From: Eledone cirrhosa
Taxonomy: Eukaryota
DNA: 64,000 bases
Direction of reading: 5' to 3'
Assembly (NCBI GenBank): GCA_964016885.1
Contig: OZ024747.1
Span: forward strand, 82,522,001 to 82,586,000
Shown here: in pieces, positions 43,972 to 58,597 of the stretch
How the letters are laid out: every line of letters begins with the position of its first letter
How positions within the stretch are numbered: position 1 is the stretch's first letter
Notes under the pieces: model-generated
Databases searched by the model: none
The model's input: the letters and a program-made list of their open reading frames with translations, nothing else
Told to the model about the DNA's origin: nothing
Translations under genes and position numbers: made by a program

Positions 43972-44160
43972 ATAATTGTTTCTACTTTTGACACAAGGCC
44001 AGCAATTACACAGTACATTACTGGTACTTTATTTTATCGACCCCGTAAGGATGAAAGGCAAAGTTAACCTCGGCGGGATTTGAACTCAGACCATAAAGGG
44101 CCGTAACTCTATGCGTCAAATCATTGCATCTGACCCTCTACCAATACTGCCAATCCACCA
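43972..44160 (-). mobile_element. Full-length SINE
   Basis: Family consensus match; CCAGG(G)AGA flanking repeat. Confidence 0.9.
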
Positions 44161-45031
44161 GGAGAAAATGACAGTGAGCAATATAAACTATTTACTTATA
44201 GCTTGGGCAAGAAGAGATGTGCACATTTTAACACGTTCATTAGTTATATTTTGTGTGTATGTGTGTCTGTATGTGTGTGTGTGCATTGATAATTATATGT
44301 ATGAGTGTTTGTATACAAGCAAAGTCATGTTGTGTAACTTACAATGATTAAACGTATACCATCTTTGAATGAATTTAAGCGCATAAATATCTAAACCTGC
44401 ACGCTTGTTTGTGTGTGCGTGAATTCTAAGTAAAGAAGAAGTGATAGTGACTTCGAAATTTCATCCTGGTTGTTTCATCTATCAGCCATATGAAAGGACA
44501 AATCTGCTATCTTTTCTACTCAGAAAATGAAATTCTACACTTTACTCATCAGTATTGACTACTGATTCAGTTAATGTTTGAATGTGTTCAATGCTACGTG
44601 ATTTTGAGCATACAATATCAATATATATACGAAATGTAAATTCGGTGATACGAATTTAGCAATATTACGGAATCAATTTTTTTTTTCCAAACCTAACTCA
44701 TTCATTGTTCGAAGAATAGCATTATATGTGTACAGGCGTACGTGTGTTGTGTTGTGTTGTGTGTGTGTGTGTGTGCGTGTATGGGTATGGGTACTTTTGA
44801 TTGCTCTTGCATGTAGACTCCCTTATTAGAATGCATATGAATGTATGAGCATGCGTTAGCATAGATCTGTGATGGAAGTCTGACTAGTTTCTGATAACGT
44901 AATCACGTTCACATAATCTAACAGATTTTCAAGCGATTCTCTGAACGCAGAGCAACTTTTCTTTCAATATACCTAATTTCTCAAATACCATTCTGCTTTG
45001 CTCGTTTCTCACAAAGACATCGTTACCCGTA

Positions 45032-45034
45032 TAT

Positions 45035-45110
<76 letters not shown>

Positions 45111-45300
45111 GCTCCTGCTACTACTACTACTACTACTGCTACTACTACTACCACTACCACTACCACTACTACCACTACTGCTGCTGCTACTACCACTACT
45201 ACTACTACCACTACCACTATCACTATCACTACTATTACTACCACTACTACCACCACCACCACCACTATTACTACTACTACTACTACTACTACTACTACCT
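45032..45300. repeat. Compound trinucleotide repeat (CTA/CTG/CCA)
   Basis: Directly visible. Confidence 0.95.
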
Positions 45301-45371
45301 TTGTTACTATTAGCACTGTCATAATTTTCGTTCGTGTTATTGCTTGTTATTGATATTTTTCACACACACAC

Positions 45372-45421
<50 letters not shown>

Positions 45422-45899
45422 GCGCGCACACACATACACACACACCTCGTGTCACATATCAGTTTTAAGCAATTATTGTTATTATTGATATTCTTGTTGT
45501 TGTTACTGTTGCTGTGACTGTAGCTTTTCTTCAGTTGTTGCTGCATCTCATTACATCATATTCCATTTTCCACATTCCACATTGTTTGACGTTGAAAATG
45601 TTCGTGAAACCTGATATATTTATATAAATATATGATTGTGCAAGGGTGTGTGCGTATATATAAATATATATATACACATACACATACACATACACACAAT
45701 ACATATATGCATATATACACACACATAAATACACATATATACACACATATATACATATACACACATATATATACACACACACATATGTATATATATATAT
45801 ACATATACATATATACATACATATACATATATACATATGCATGTGTGTGTATGTATATATGTGTGCGTATATAAATATGTGCATATATATATATAAATA

Positions 45900-45946
<47 letters not shown>

Positions 45947-46039
45947 AGGAGGTGGGTTTTATTGTTGTACAATAAAGTTTTTGAAATGCGCATAATAAAA
46001 TACATGGAACTCTTTTAACCATCTTTTGATCTTATATAT

Positions 46040-46105
<66 letters not shown>

Positions 46106-46478
46106 TTACATATATATGTGTTTGTGTATGTATGCACATATATCGTAAGCATAAACGGATTTTAAAAGATTTAATTCCAGTGTTTTTCAATGGAAAATCT
46201 AGCAATGTAATTGATAATGCTAGAACAAGTTAACTAGAGATCCTTACAATACAATCACGGCAGCCATCTTACGTACGGAACCTGGTTCATAAGGAATGAG
46301 TTCACACGTAAAATAAAACTTCCGTTTCGGAGAACAAGAATAATGCAGGAAAGCATAATAATACATTTCAATAGAAAATGGCATTGCTTTTGTTTCTACT
46401 TATTTTACTGTCTGCTTGTTGATGTTGTTTAGTTACAGTTGTGCCTCTTTCTTGACTCTCTCTCTCTCTCTCTATCTA

Positions 46479-46517
<39 letters not shown>

Positions 46518-46587
46518 GTTTTCCTTTTAATACGACGGCAAGCTATATAATAAAGCTATTATACCTTTTACAAACAGAGATAATATT

Positions 46588-46795
<208 letters not shown>

Positions 46796-46945
46796 GCAAG
46801 AATAACAATGATAATTTCTAATATTATTGTATTAAAATGCTGATCCCCGTGATGATAACGGCAATAATAGCATTGCCTACAATAATATATAAGATACATG
46901 GAGGTTTTTGTTTTATGATAAATTAATCATAAACTCTGCAATTAT

Positions 46946-47325
46946 AATAATTGTTTCTACTTTTGACACAAGGACAGCAATTATCCCAGTGTAATACTGG
47001 TGCTTTATTTTATCGACCCCGTAAGAATAAAAAGCAAAGTTAACCTCGGCAGGATTTGAACTCAGACCATAAAGGGACGTAACTCTTTGCTGCAAAGCAT
47101 GGCGTCCAACCCTCTACCGATACTGCCAATCCGCCAATTATAATAATTGTTTCTACTTTAGGCACAAGGCCAGCAATTACCCAGTGCATTACTGGTACTT
47201 TATTTTATCGACCCGGTAAGGATGAAAGGCAAAGTCAACCTCGGCGGGATTTGAACTCAGATTGTAAAGGGACGTAACTATGCTGGAAAGCATGGCGTCC
47301 GACCCTCTACCGATACAGCCAATCC
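46946..47325 (-). mobile_element. Two SINE copies head-to-tail
   Basis: Copies at 46946-47136 and 47140-47325, separated and flanked by TATAATAAT. Confidence 0.9.
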
Positions 47326-47513
47326 TATAATAATGGTGATTGTTACTAAAATATCTGCTACTGTCGCTTAGCGCAGTAAATGAGGATCCTATAAAATATT
47401 ATGTGTTCTGATTGTCTTTGAGCTTTAAGTTTTACATTTATTTATCAGCAGGATTCATCGCTATAATTGGCATTTATGTTATTTATGTACATCTATATAT
47501 CTATGTATATATA

Positions 47514-47552
<39 letters not shown>

Positions 47553-47587
47553 TTATGTATATATATCTATGTATATATCTATATATA

Positions 47588-47671
<84 letters not shown>

Positions 47672-47740
47672 ATCTATGTATGTATCTATGTATATATATC
47701 TATTTATATATCTATCTATATATGTATCTATATATATATA

Positions 47741-47799
<59 letters not shown>

Positions 47800-49152
47800 G
47801 AAATATAAGGAGAATAGAAATGGCTGTGTAGTTGCTATTTAAGGAAACTTAAAATGCAGGTGGAATACGAAAAAAGCAAGAACGGGTGAGGGGAGGGGGT
47901 GTCCTCTCATCAGTTCTCTACTGGGGGTCTCGGATATTTCTATGCTTTATATATATATATAGTGTGTGTGTGTCGTTAGATATCTATATTTATGTTATGT
48001 CTATTATATATTTGGCAATGTTAGTGTATATATCTATTTCCAACATTGTTCATTCTTTTCCATGTAACTATCCTCTGTTCATTGTTACAATCACATTGCT
48101 GAATCGATATATTTTACATCTCTATCTCTTAATATCACTCATCCCTTCACACTATTACCCCCTATTGTTTCGGCTTATGCAAATCTTCCTCTCTTTTCCA
48201 ATCTTTGTCTTTCCTTGCATTTTTGATATTTCTTACTGGCGAATAACTTCTGCTCATAACTCTACAACATGCTTGGTTGGTAGACTTAATCCGTCGCCCG
48301 GTTTAACTCCACCCCTGACACACGCTGGGTCTCGAGTGTGTTAGAAGCAGGTTTTGTAATATCAAGAAGGATAATGGAACAACATGATGTACAATGTATC
48401 TTCATTCAGGGAAGAATAAAGGTCGGAGAATTCTTTAAAGTTGGTAGAGATTCTTTTAGCTAGGGTTTAAAACATTGACTGCAGTTTGGAGACGGAAGAA
48501 CTGGCAGCTGTGTGATACACGGGGGTATCTATGACATCTCGGAGGAAGGTAGTAGTAATATATATTGCGTAACTGAAAATATTTTACAATTTTCAGACAA
48601 AACCTAGAAGCTTAAAATTTTCTATTACGAGATAATAAACATTGCTATCTCTATGCGTGAGAAACCCTCCATTGGCAGTGAAAACAATTAAACTGCTGTC
48701 AATTTCAAGTTCATTGAATGTACAACTGAATTGGTCTCTTTTTTTTGTTTCTTATCTGCTCTGCCGGAGCAGTGATGCAATAGATGTTCAGGTTGCAGAT
48801 ATCAGCTTATCATACATAGGAGGACACTAATTTCAAACTCTACAATGGAGATGCTTACACTGAAATATTACGATTCATTGATGAAAATAATCGTAGTAAA
48901 ATAGTAATATAGTAATAATATATATATGTGTGTGTATGCGTGTGTATTAAGAAGTGCCTTAACAGTCGAAGCGTACGATAAAGTTACATATGTATAAATA
49001 CAGAGTGGGTAACCAAGACTGCATAAATGTGTATATAACTTTACACACATGTAATATGTTGGCATGTAAACTTGCCAGAAAATACGAATTTCCTTATGAA
49101 TTGAAAAAATGATAAACATCTTTAAACGATTTCCAGACCTAATTGAGCCCAC

Positions 49153-49200
<48 letters not shown>

Positions 49201-49328
49201 AAAGTTTTATTTAAAATTGTTGGGTTACAACAAGTAAATATTTTATAACCGATATAAAGCACTCGACAAGTTTTTGGAGTAGATATACGATAGTAAACAA
49301 ATGGAAACTATATTTATAAAACCATATT

Positions 49329-49394
49329 TATTTCATTATACATATTTCAGGGATACCATATTAAAAATATGGCATGCCTTCGTCAGATAAAATA
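49329..49394 (-). ncRNA. Type I hammerhead ribozyme motif
   Basis: Reverse complement of 49660-49725. Confidence 0.8.
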
Positions 49395-49659
49395 CAATAT
49401 ATAAACTGTTTTATAAATAATTTCGACGTACCATAAATATAAGCCACCATTAAGGTAGGAATCTGGCTTGGTAGTGAGGTGTTTATAATTATTTAGTTAT
49501 AATGTTAAGCACAGTTAGAAAGAAAGACTTTCTTTCTAACTGTGCTTAACACTATAACTAAATAATTATAAACACCTCACTACCAAGCCAGATTCCTACC
49601 TTAATGGTGGCTTATATTTATGGTACGTCGAAATTATTTATAAAACAGTTTATATATTG

Positions 49660-49725
49660 TATTTTATCTGACGAAGGCATGCCATATTTTTAATATGGTA
49701 TCCCTGAAATATGTATAATGAAATA
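49660..49725 (+). ncRNA. Type I hammerhead ribozyme motif
   Basis: TATTTTAT-CTGACGA-AGGCATGCCATATT-TTT-AATATGGTATCCCT-GAA-ATA-TG-TAT-A-ATGAAATA. Confidence 0.82.
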
Positions 49726-49765
49726 AATATGGTTTTATAAATATAGTTTCCATTTGTTTACTATC

Positions 49766-49814
<49 letters not shown>

Positions 49815-50137
49815 ATTATTATTACAGGATTATTAAACAGTATAAAATATATAAAAGATTTAGCATTTGTTATATATCAAGACTCATCTTAATGAAAGTA
49901 TTTTTTGTACTGAAAAAATATTTTATTTAACTTTTAAAAAATCTAGATTGAGACATCACAATCGTTTTTGGCATCTGTCTATGGCCATGATGAATTCTTG
50001 CTTATTCAAAACACCTACAAAGATACGTAGCTGTTTACTAAAATCCCTTGAGATTATAATAATCTTCTAAGATAAGAAATTTGTAATCATTGTTCTGGTT
50101 TTAATCTATTTAGAAAAGCATTTCATTTCGGTTGGTT

Positions 50138-50218
<81 letters not shown>

Positions 50219-50620
50219 TAGACACACGGATATAAATGTATATATATATCAGACACACACACATTATATATATATATATATATATATATATAATGTGTGT
50301 GTGTATATATTATTCCATCATCCTGCAGCCTGTTCACTGTTTTCGTTTATGCAAAGTTGATTACCTATTTCATTTTCTTCTAAATAAACTTTATATATAT
50401 ATATATATACATGCAACAATACATACATATATATATATATATATATAATGTGTGTATATATATATATAATGTGTATATATATATATACACATGTATATGT
50501 ATATATATATATACATACATGCATACATATATATACATGCATACATATATATATATACATGCATACATATATATATATATATATATACATACATATACAC
50601 ACATACATACATATATATAT

Positions 50621-50677
<57 letters not shown>

Positions 50678-50744
50678 CATGTGTATGTATGTATATATGT
50701 ATATATATATATATATATATCAATTTATACAATCACACAGATGT

Positions 50745-51058
50745 TCCGTTGGTTATGATGATGAGTGTGTTCTAGTTAATAATGATCAACGGAACAGCCT
50801 GCTCTGAGATTAACAAGCAAGTGTCTGAGCATTACACAGAAACGTACACCCATAAGGTAGATCTATAGTATATTCAGCCTGACACGAGTGACAGGGATAG
50901 CTCTTTGATTTTAGTGGTAGAACTCATTTTTGCCTACTGAGTAGACTGAAGTAATGTGAAATAAAGTGCCTTGCTCAAGAACACAACGTGTTGCCAGGAA
51001 TTGAACTCGTGATCTTACATTATAAGCTGGATTCCCTAAAGACTAAGCCATGCATCTT
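50745..51058 (-). mobile_element. Decayed CORE-type SINE
   Basis: AAGTGCCTTGCTCAAGAACAC (CORE, reverse) and GGAATTGAACTC (B box, reverse). Confidence 0.7.
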
Positions 51059-51088
51059 CACAAACATGTATACACACGCATACAGATA

Positions 51089-51194
51089 TACAGGGTGTCC
51101 CTAAAAAAATGTATACATATTTCGATTACCTGTACAGACAATATTTATTAAAATGGTGCTGAATTGTTTATAGATTTTTTTAGGACACTCTGTA
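51089..51194. mobile_element. Tiny Tc1/mariner-like MITE
   Basis: TA-CAGGGTGTCCCTAAAAA ... TTTTTAGGACACTCTG-TA. Confidence 0.7.
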
Positions 51195-51214
51195 TTTATG
51201 TGTGTATACACGCA

Positions 51215-51273
<59 letters not shown>

Positions 51274-51277
<4 letters not shown>

Positions 51278-51596
51278 GGTTATGCACGAGTGCATTAATG
51301 TTTTCCAGGACACAGTGTTATGTACCGTGTAGTGGAATGTCAGCTTACAACAGAGTGGTGCTTAACGAAATGCAGAAAAAAGGTGTATATTCCAGTTTAG
51401 CTATATTCCGGGGCTTGTATAAAGAATTAAAAAGAACAGAAAGATGCAGTAAAAGAGATTTATTCGGTTCTTACGTACGTTTCAATAGACATCAATTTGC
51501 CTAGATGTAGCGAGATCTAGGCAAATTGATGTCTATTGAAACGTACGTAAGAACCGAATAAATCTCTTTTACTGCATCTTTCTGTTCTTTTTAATT

Positions 51597-51603
<7 letters not shown>
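51274..51603. mobile_element. Fold-back PLE-type insertion in (TA)n
   Basis: Perfect arms 51418-51506 and 51515-51603 containing GAAACGTACGTA (HHR 3' half); about 140-nt extension on left. Confidence 0.75.
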
Positions 51604-51683
<80 letters not shown>

Positions 51684-51772
51684 AACATGAATAGACCTGT
51701 TATTTTTATCTAAAGACATTTTTTCCAATTCCATCCCGCCCGTCCTCTTAATCTATCTTATTTCTTATTCTT

Positions 51773-51808
51773 TCTTCTGATGAAGGACTAGCGTCCGAAA
51801 CGTTAAGA
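51773..51808 (+). ncRNA. Minimal hammerhead ribozyme motif
   Basis: TCTT-CTGATGA-A-GGAC-TAGC-GTCC-GAAACGTT-AAGA; palindromic AACGTT in place of helix III, within TA-flanked element 51682-51903. Confidence 0.85.
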
Positions 51809-51910
51809 CTCTCTTCCTGCTATATCAAGCGTTAACCTAATATATACCTTCCATATACTGTACCGATTGTGTTGTTATTTCTGTTTACCCCTTTTACATA
51901 CATATATATA

Positions 51911-52073
51911 AGTTTATCCCGGGTTCAATTGGGGGTAACCACAGTATGTAAGGTACTCAATACAAAGCAGAGTATAAATATTTAATATAGAAAAGCCTTC
52001 TACAGGATTAGAACTGTTTCATTTCTCCCGAATGAAACAGTTGTGGTCCTGTAGAAGCATTTTCTATATTAAA
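51911..52073. mobile_element. Fold-back insertion of the 7989-8120 family
   Basis: Arms 51981-52023 and 52031-52073; left extension 51911-51975 is the reverse complement of 8056-8120. Confidence 0.75.
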
Positions 52074-52134
52074 CCGTTAAGGTTGCATTTTTTCAGGGTA
52101 TGTCAATATTTATTTATAAAACTAATCTGTATTG

Positions 52135-52200
52135 TATTTTATATGATGAAAGGGCACCATAATCTCCCTTGGTGGCCCTTGAAATATGTATAATAAAATA
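52135..52200 (+). ncRNA. Hammerhead ribozyme motif (core C to A variant)
   Basis: TATTTTAT-ATGATGA-AAGGGCACCA..TGGTGGCCCTT-GAA-ATA-TG-TAT-A-ATAAAATA; flanks homologous to 49630-49760. Confidence 0.7.
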
Positions 52201-52381
52201 AATATGGTTTTATAAATATAGTTTCCATTTGTTAATATATTATATATATATATATATATACATATATATAAATGTAAGTATGTGTGTGTGTGTGGTTGAA
52301 TATATATATATATATCGTAAATATGTATGATATATTAATATGTTTCTCTGTTTCAGTGTCATCTCTTCACTTATAATTATG

Positions 52382-52425
<44 letters not shown>

Positions 52426-52614
52426 CTCACTGTAGAGTCATTGCAGTTTTCCTTAATTATCTTTAGTAATAAAAATCTATATTTTTAGGAGATAATATAT
52501 CATGGAATATAGATGGGCTGGTCAATATCTATTTCACTGTATTACACTGTATGACAGAGTGTAGTGTCAGTGACCAGGCCATAAATGTGAGATTAAAGGC
52601 TTTGAAACAGGAAA

Positions 52615-52680
<66 letters not shown>

Positions 52681-52711
52681 TATATATATTATATATATTA
52701 TATATATCATA

Positions 52712-53352
<641 letters not shown>

Positions 53353-53846
53353 TATACATATTTGTGTGTGTCTGTGTCTGTGTTAGTTAAGTGTGTAACA
53401 ACAGTTACAGGCACTGCGACATTCAAAACCACTCAATGCTGTGACGAAATCCATTTCCTTTGGGCTGTAGTCCAGTGTTATATCTGTAGTGTACAGAGTG
53501 TAAATAGATTTAATAGAGCCAATGTAGTAGTTAAGGGTACGTGAATACATTATTAACAATTAGACTATATGAAATTTCTTCCCCTTAAAAGTCTGCGACG
53601 ACAGAGAGGGTGAGGCCGTGGCCTCTTTCTACAACTTTTGGTTTAAACGTGGACTTCAATCAATACAGGCTAATATCACTACTCTAACCAGATACCTAAC
53701 ATATAATGCAAACTCACGATTCATACATCACAGCCTACTTTAAATAAACAGCTATATAAACACAAAATACATAAAATAACTATAAAATGCAATCAGTAAA
53801 GTTATATCTTTTATACATCAATAGTCGAGTCTTTCATTATATACTA

Positions 53847-54277
53847 TCTATATATCTAAAACAGAGAATGTCTGTCTGTCTGACTCCCTAAAACTCGAGA
53901 ACCATCCAACCGATTGTTTTCATATGTAATACTTATGGTCCTGTGAGTGTTTTGAGCAAAGAAAATTTCAAATTTTCAATACCCTAGGGACCGCATTAGG
54001 CGATTTAGTGATCTCTCTCTATAATTCTTAGTCTTTCTTTTAGATAGATATATAGATATAACGTTGCGCCCTTATAATATCTGTCTGTATGTCTGGCTGT
54101 CTGCATTACGACATTATGACGCTGTGTGTGTATATATGTATATATAGTGTGTGTGTATATATATAGTGTATTTTTCGAAATATTTACTTCTAGGTTCACA
54201 GATTGATTTTTTTTTTGTTTCAGAAGATCCCGTTAAGGGTGAAAGCAGCGATTCTTTGCTTAAACTTTAATCTGTTA

Positions 54278-54328
<51 letters not shown>

Positions 54329-54469
54329 TCGTGTACAAATATTTTTGCATACACAATAACAACATATAAACAAACGTATTTATTTCACGAGGCTCGATAA
54401 GGATAAATATATATCAAATATATAAGAACCCTAGAGCAAATCCCGAGCAACGCCAGGCCATTCTGCTAG
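53847..54469 (+). mobile_element. Non-autonomous Helitron-like element
   Basis: 5' A|TCTATATATCTAAAA..CTGTCTGTCTG; 3' CCCGAGCAACGCCAGG imperfect hairpin then CTAG|T. Confidence 0.6.
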
Positions 54470-55469
54470 TATATATCTAAAAAGTTAAGTCAACATTCTG
54501 CTGAAAGCATCGTGAAGCATTTATTTTAAAATATTCAGAATTTACTGGACTTTTGTTGGAGAGCTTTTTCTGTTTTAAACTGTTTATTGAACCACTAAAA
54601 TTGTTAATTCCGTAACTGTGCTCCAATTGATAGAACTTTAAAATAATTCTCAAAAGAGACTTCATTTAATAAAGTATAGCCTCCGGACTCATGGTTTATT
54701 ATGAGGTTTATCATAGTTTCTTATTCGGTTGTTTTCTTCTTAACTTTTAACCCAATCACTTAACCTCATTTAATATAACATAATCGCATTTCACGGCAAA
54801 GAAGCGACTTCAATTAGCTTAGCTGAACATAGAAATTATTCTTAGCTTTGGACTAAGTTTTAAAGGTTGTGTAATCGTACTTGCAGATGAAGAGATATAG
54901 CAAACAAGCCGTCGTAGTAATAACTGCAAAAATAACAATAATGATACCAAAATCAACTCTAGTAACAACAACAATAACAAGAGGAAGGCTAATTATTATG
55001 ATGAGTGAGTTAACCCTTAAGAGATCTAAACTCTTGTTGAATCTCTAAACAAACATATCGATGTGAGCTTCAGGAACAGTAAAGAGAAATAATCACACAC
55101 ATATATATATATACAGAGATTGGTTCACAAACATATAAAATTATAAACGAACACACATACACACACACTCACACACAAACACACACATACATAGACAAAA
55201 ACACACGCACACACACACATACAAACACGCACGCACACACACATACACACCGCAACTGACAAGGAAATGCAAAACAAAAGTTACCCCCAAACGCAAAGAC
55301 TTATAGATTTTTAGAAGAGACAGTAGATAAAGCGATAACATAAAAATGAACTGGTCTGTAAAAGAGTTGATTTAATGTCAAGAAAATGAGGTAGACATGA
55401 CATTGGAGGGGGGGGGGTAAATAAAGAGAGGGGGTGAGAGAGAGAATGTGCAAGAGAGAGAAAGAAGGC

Positions 55470-55515
<46 letters not shown>

Positions 55516-56476
55516 GAGAGAGAGAGAATGTGTGTGAGAGAGACAGAGAATGCGTAAGAGAGAGAGAGTGGGGGAATGTGTGAGAGAGAGAGACAGAGAA
55601 AGCGTAAGAGAGAGAGATAGGGGGGGATGTGTGAGAGAGAGACAGAGAATGCGTAAGAGAGAGAGAAGGCGTAAAAGAGAGAGAAGGCGTAAGAGAGAGA
55701 ATGCGTAAGGGAGAGAAGGAGAGAAAGCATAAGAGAGAAAGATAGGATGAGCATGTAAGAGAGAAAGCATAAGAGAGATAGAGGGTGAGTGTGAGAGAGA
55801 GAGAAAGCATAAAAGAGAGATAGAGGGTGAGTGTGAGAGAGAGAGAAAGCATAAAAGAGAGATAGGGCTGAGCATGAGAGATAGAGAGAGAAAGAGAGAC
55901 AGACACAGACAGAATGAGAGAGAGAGAAAACGTAAGAAAAAAGCCAGAGATAATACACAAAATAGACATAGTGATGTAAATGTAAAAGAATGTAATAAAA
56001 AATAAGGAAGTATTTGGTAAATCAAAAGACTGAAGGAAACATGATAAAACTATATTGAACAACTAGAAGATAAGAAATATATACATGGATGTGTGTTTAT
56101 GTGTATTTGTGTGTGTTTGTGTGTGTCTGTGTGTGTTTGTGTGTGTGTGTCCGTGTGTGTTTGTGTGTGTGTGTCCGTGTGTGTTTGTGTATGTGTGTGT
56201 ATGTGTGTATGTGTCTGTGTGTGTATGTGTCTGTGTGTGTTTGTGTATGTGTGTGTATGTGTCTGTGTGTGTTTGTGTATGTGTGTGTGTGCCTGTGTGT
56301 GTTTGTGTTTGTGTGTATGTATAAGTGTGTATGTGTGTTTGTGTCTGTGTGTATCTGTGTGTGCGTGTGTGTCTGTGTGTGAACGTGTCTGTGCGTTTGT
56401 GTCTGTGTGTGTGTACGTGTCTGTATGTGTTTGTGTTTGTGTGTATCTGTGTGTGTATGTGTGTCTGTGTGCATGT

Positions 56477-56519
<43 letters not shown>

Positions 56520-56722
56520 TACGTGTGTGTGTCTGTGTCTTTGTGAGGTTTCTGTACTAAGAAGTATTAAGGCTACGAGTTGTGGTGAGTTTGTGATATA
56601 TATGAGGAGGGGGGGGGGACAAAACAAGAGAAGATGGATGTGAATATTACTGTATGTGTGAGAGAGAGGGGGGAGATGGAGAGAGAGAGGGGGGAGAGAG
56701 GGAGAGAGAGGGAGAGAGAGAG

Positions 56723-56754
<32 letters not shown>

Positions 56755-56763
56755 AGAAAGATG

Positions 56764-56865
<102 letters not shown>

Positions 56866-57095
56866 GGGAGGGAGATGGAGAGATGGAGAGAGAGAGAGAG
56901 AGAGAGAGAGATGGGGAGAGAGAGGGGGAGAGACATGGAGAGAGAGAGGGAGAGAGAGAGATTGAGAGAGTGAGGGATGGGTAGAGAGGGAGAGAGGGAG
57001 AGAGAGAGAGATGGAGAGAGAGAAAGAATAGTATTGTGAGTGTGTTAGTGTGTATTTGTCAAAAATTGTATATATAGTCGAGACTGTGTAATTAT

Positions 57096-57305
57096 GTGTA
57101 TATATGACATTGTCTCTATGTAAGTGTATATAACATGTATACGTGTGCATATATGACATTGTCGCTATGTAAGTGTATATAACATATACACGTGTGTATA
57201 TATGACATTGTCGCTATGTAAGTGTATATAAGATGTATACGTGTGTATATATGACATTGTCGCTATGTAAGTGTATATAACATGTATACTTGTGTATATA
57301 TGTCA
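57096..57305. repeat. 49-bp tandem repeat x4
   Basis: TATATGACATTGTC at 57101, 57150, 57199 and 57248. Confidence 0.92.
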
Positions 57306-57515
57306 TAGTCTCAGTTAGTTCCGTCAGTACATTTGGAACAAATGTTAATGTGTGCATGTATATATGTATGTACGTGTGTATGTATGTATGTATATATGTA
57401 TATATGTAGATATATATATATGCGTGTATGTACGTGTGTATGTATATATGTATATATGTATATTGTATGTATATATATGTACGTGTGTATGTATGTATGT
57501 ATATATGTATATATG

Positions 57516-57546
<31 letters not shown>

Positions 57547-58111
57547 ACTTGTGTATGTATATATGTATGTGTGTATGTATATATGTATGTGTGTATGTAT
57601 ATATATATGTATGTGTGTATGTATGTGTGTATGTATGAATCTATTATATATGCATATATGTGTACACCTGTGTATGTGTAACCGTATATATACGTGAGTG
57701 TGTGCATCTCAATGCCTATATTTATATGTCTAAATGCATGAGAAGAAAGAAAGAAAGGGTAATTAAAGAAAAGTGAAAGGAAGATAGAAATATGAGAAGG
57801 GAGATGTGGAGAGATAGAGAAGATAACATGGACAATAGTGAGGTAGATAAAAGATAATTTTAGTCCCAAAAGCAATGAATAGAAAATTACTAATGTGGTA
57901 AATAAGATAAATAGGTAAGAGGGAAAGTAGGAAGAGAAATGTTCAAAGATCTTGAAGACGTTAGGTAAGCTCGAAATATATTGCTGAAATACAGACCAGA
58001 AAAACTAAACGAAAGTAAAACCCGGGTAGAAAAGAACAATATAAAGCAACACACAAAAAAATAAAAACAAATCAAGCAGATAGATGTCTCTTTCAACTAT
58101 CTACTCCATAT

Positions 58112-58142
<31 letters not shown>

Positions 58143-58241
58143 TATGTATATGTATGTCTGTGTATATATATATATGTATGTCTATGTATATATACAAGTA
58201 TGTATATATATTTTATATATATATATATGTGTGTATATATA

Positions 58242-58332
<91 letters not shown>

Positions 58333-58502
58333 TTATATATATATAAATATACATAGCGAAAAATCGAAGTATGTCTATGTATATATATATGTATGTATGT
58401 CTATGTATATATGTATGTCTATGTAAATATACATGTATATATATTTTATATATGTATATATATATATGTGTGTATATATATATATATATATGTGTGTATA
58501 TA

Positions 58503-58597
<95 letters not shown>

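Larger units (their letters stand above)
49198..49771. mobile_element. Fold-back PLE-type insertion with about 244-bp arms
   Basis: 49283-49526 inverted at 49528-49771; about 85-nt extension on left; (TA)n on both sides. Confidence 0.85.
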
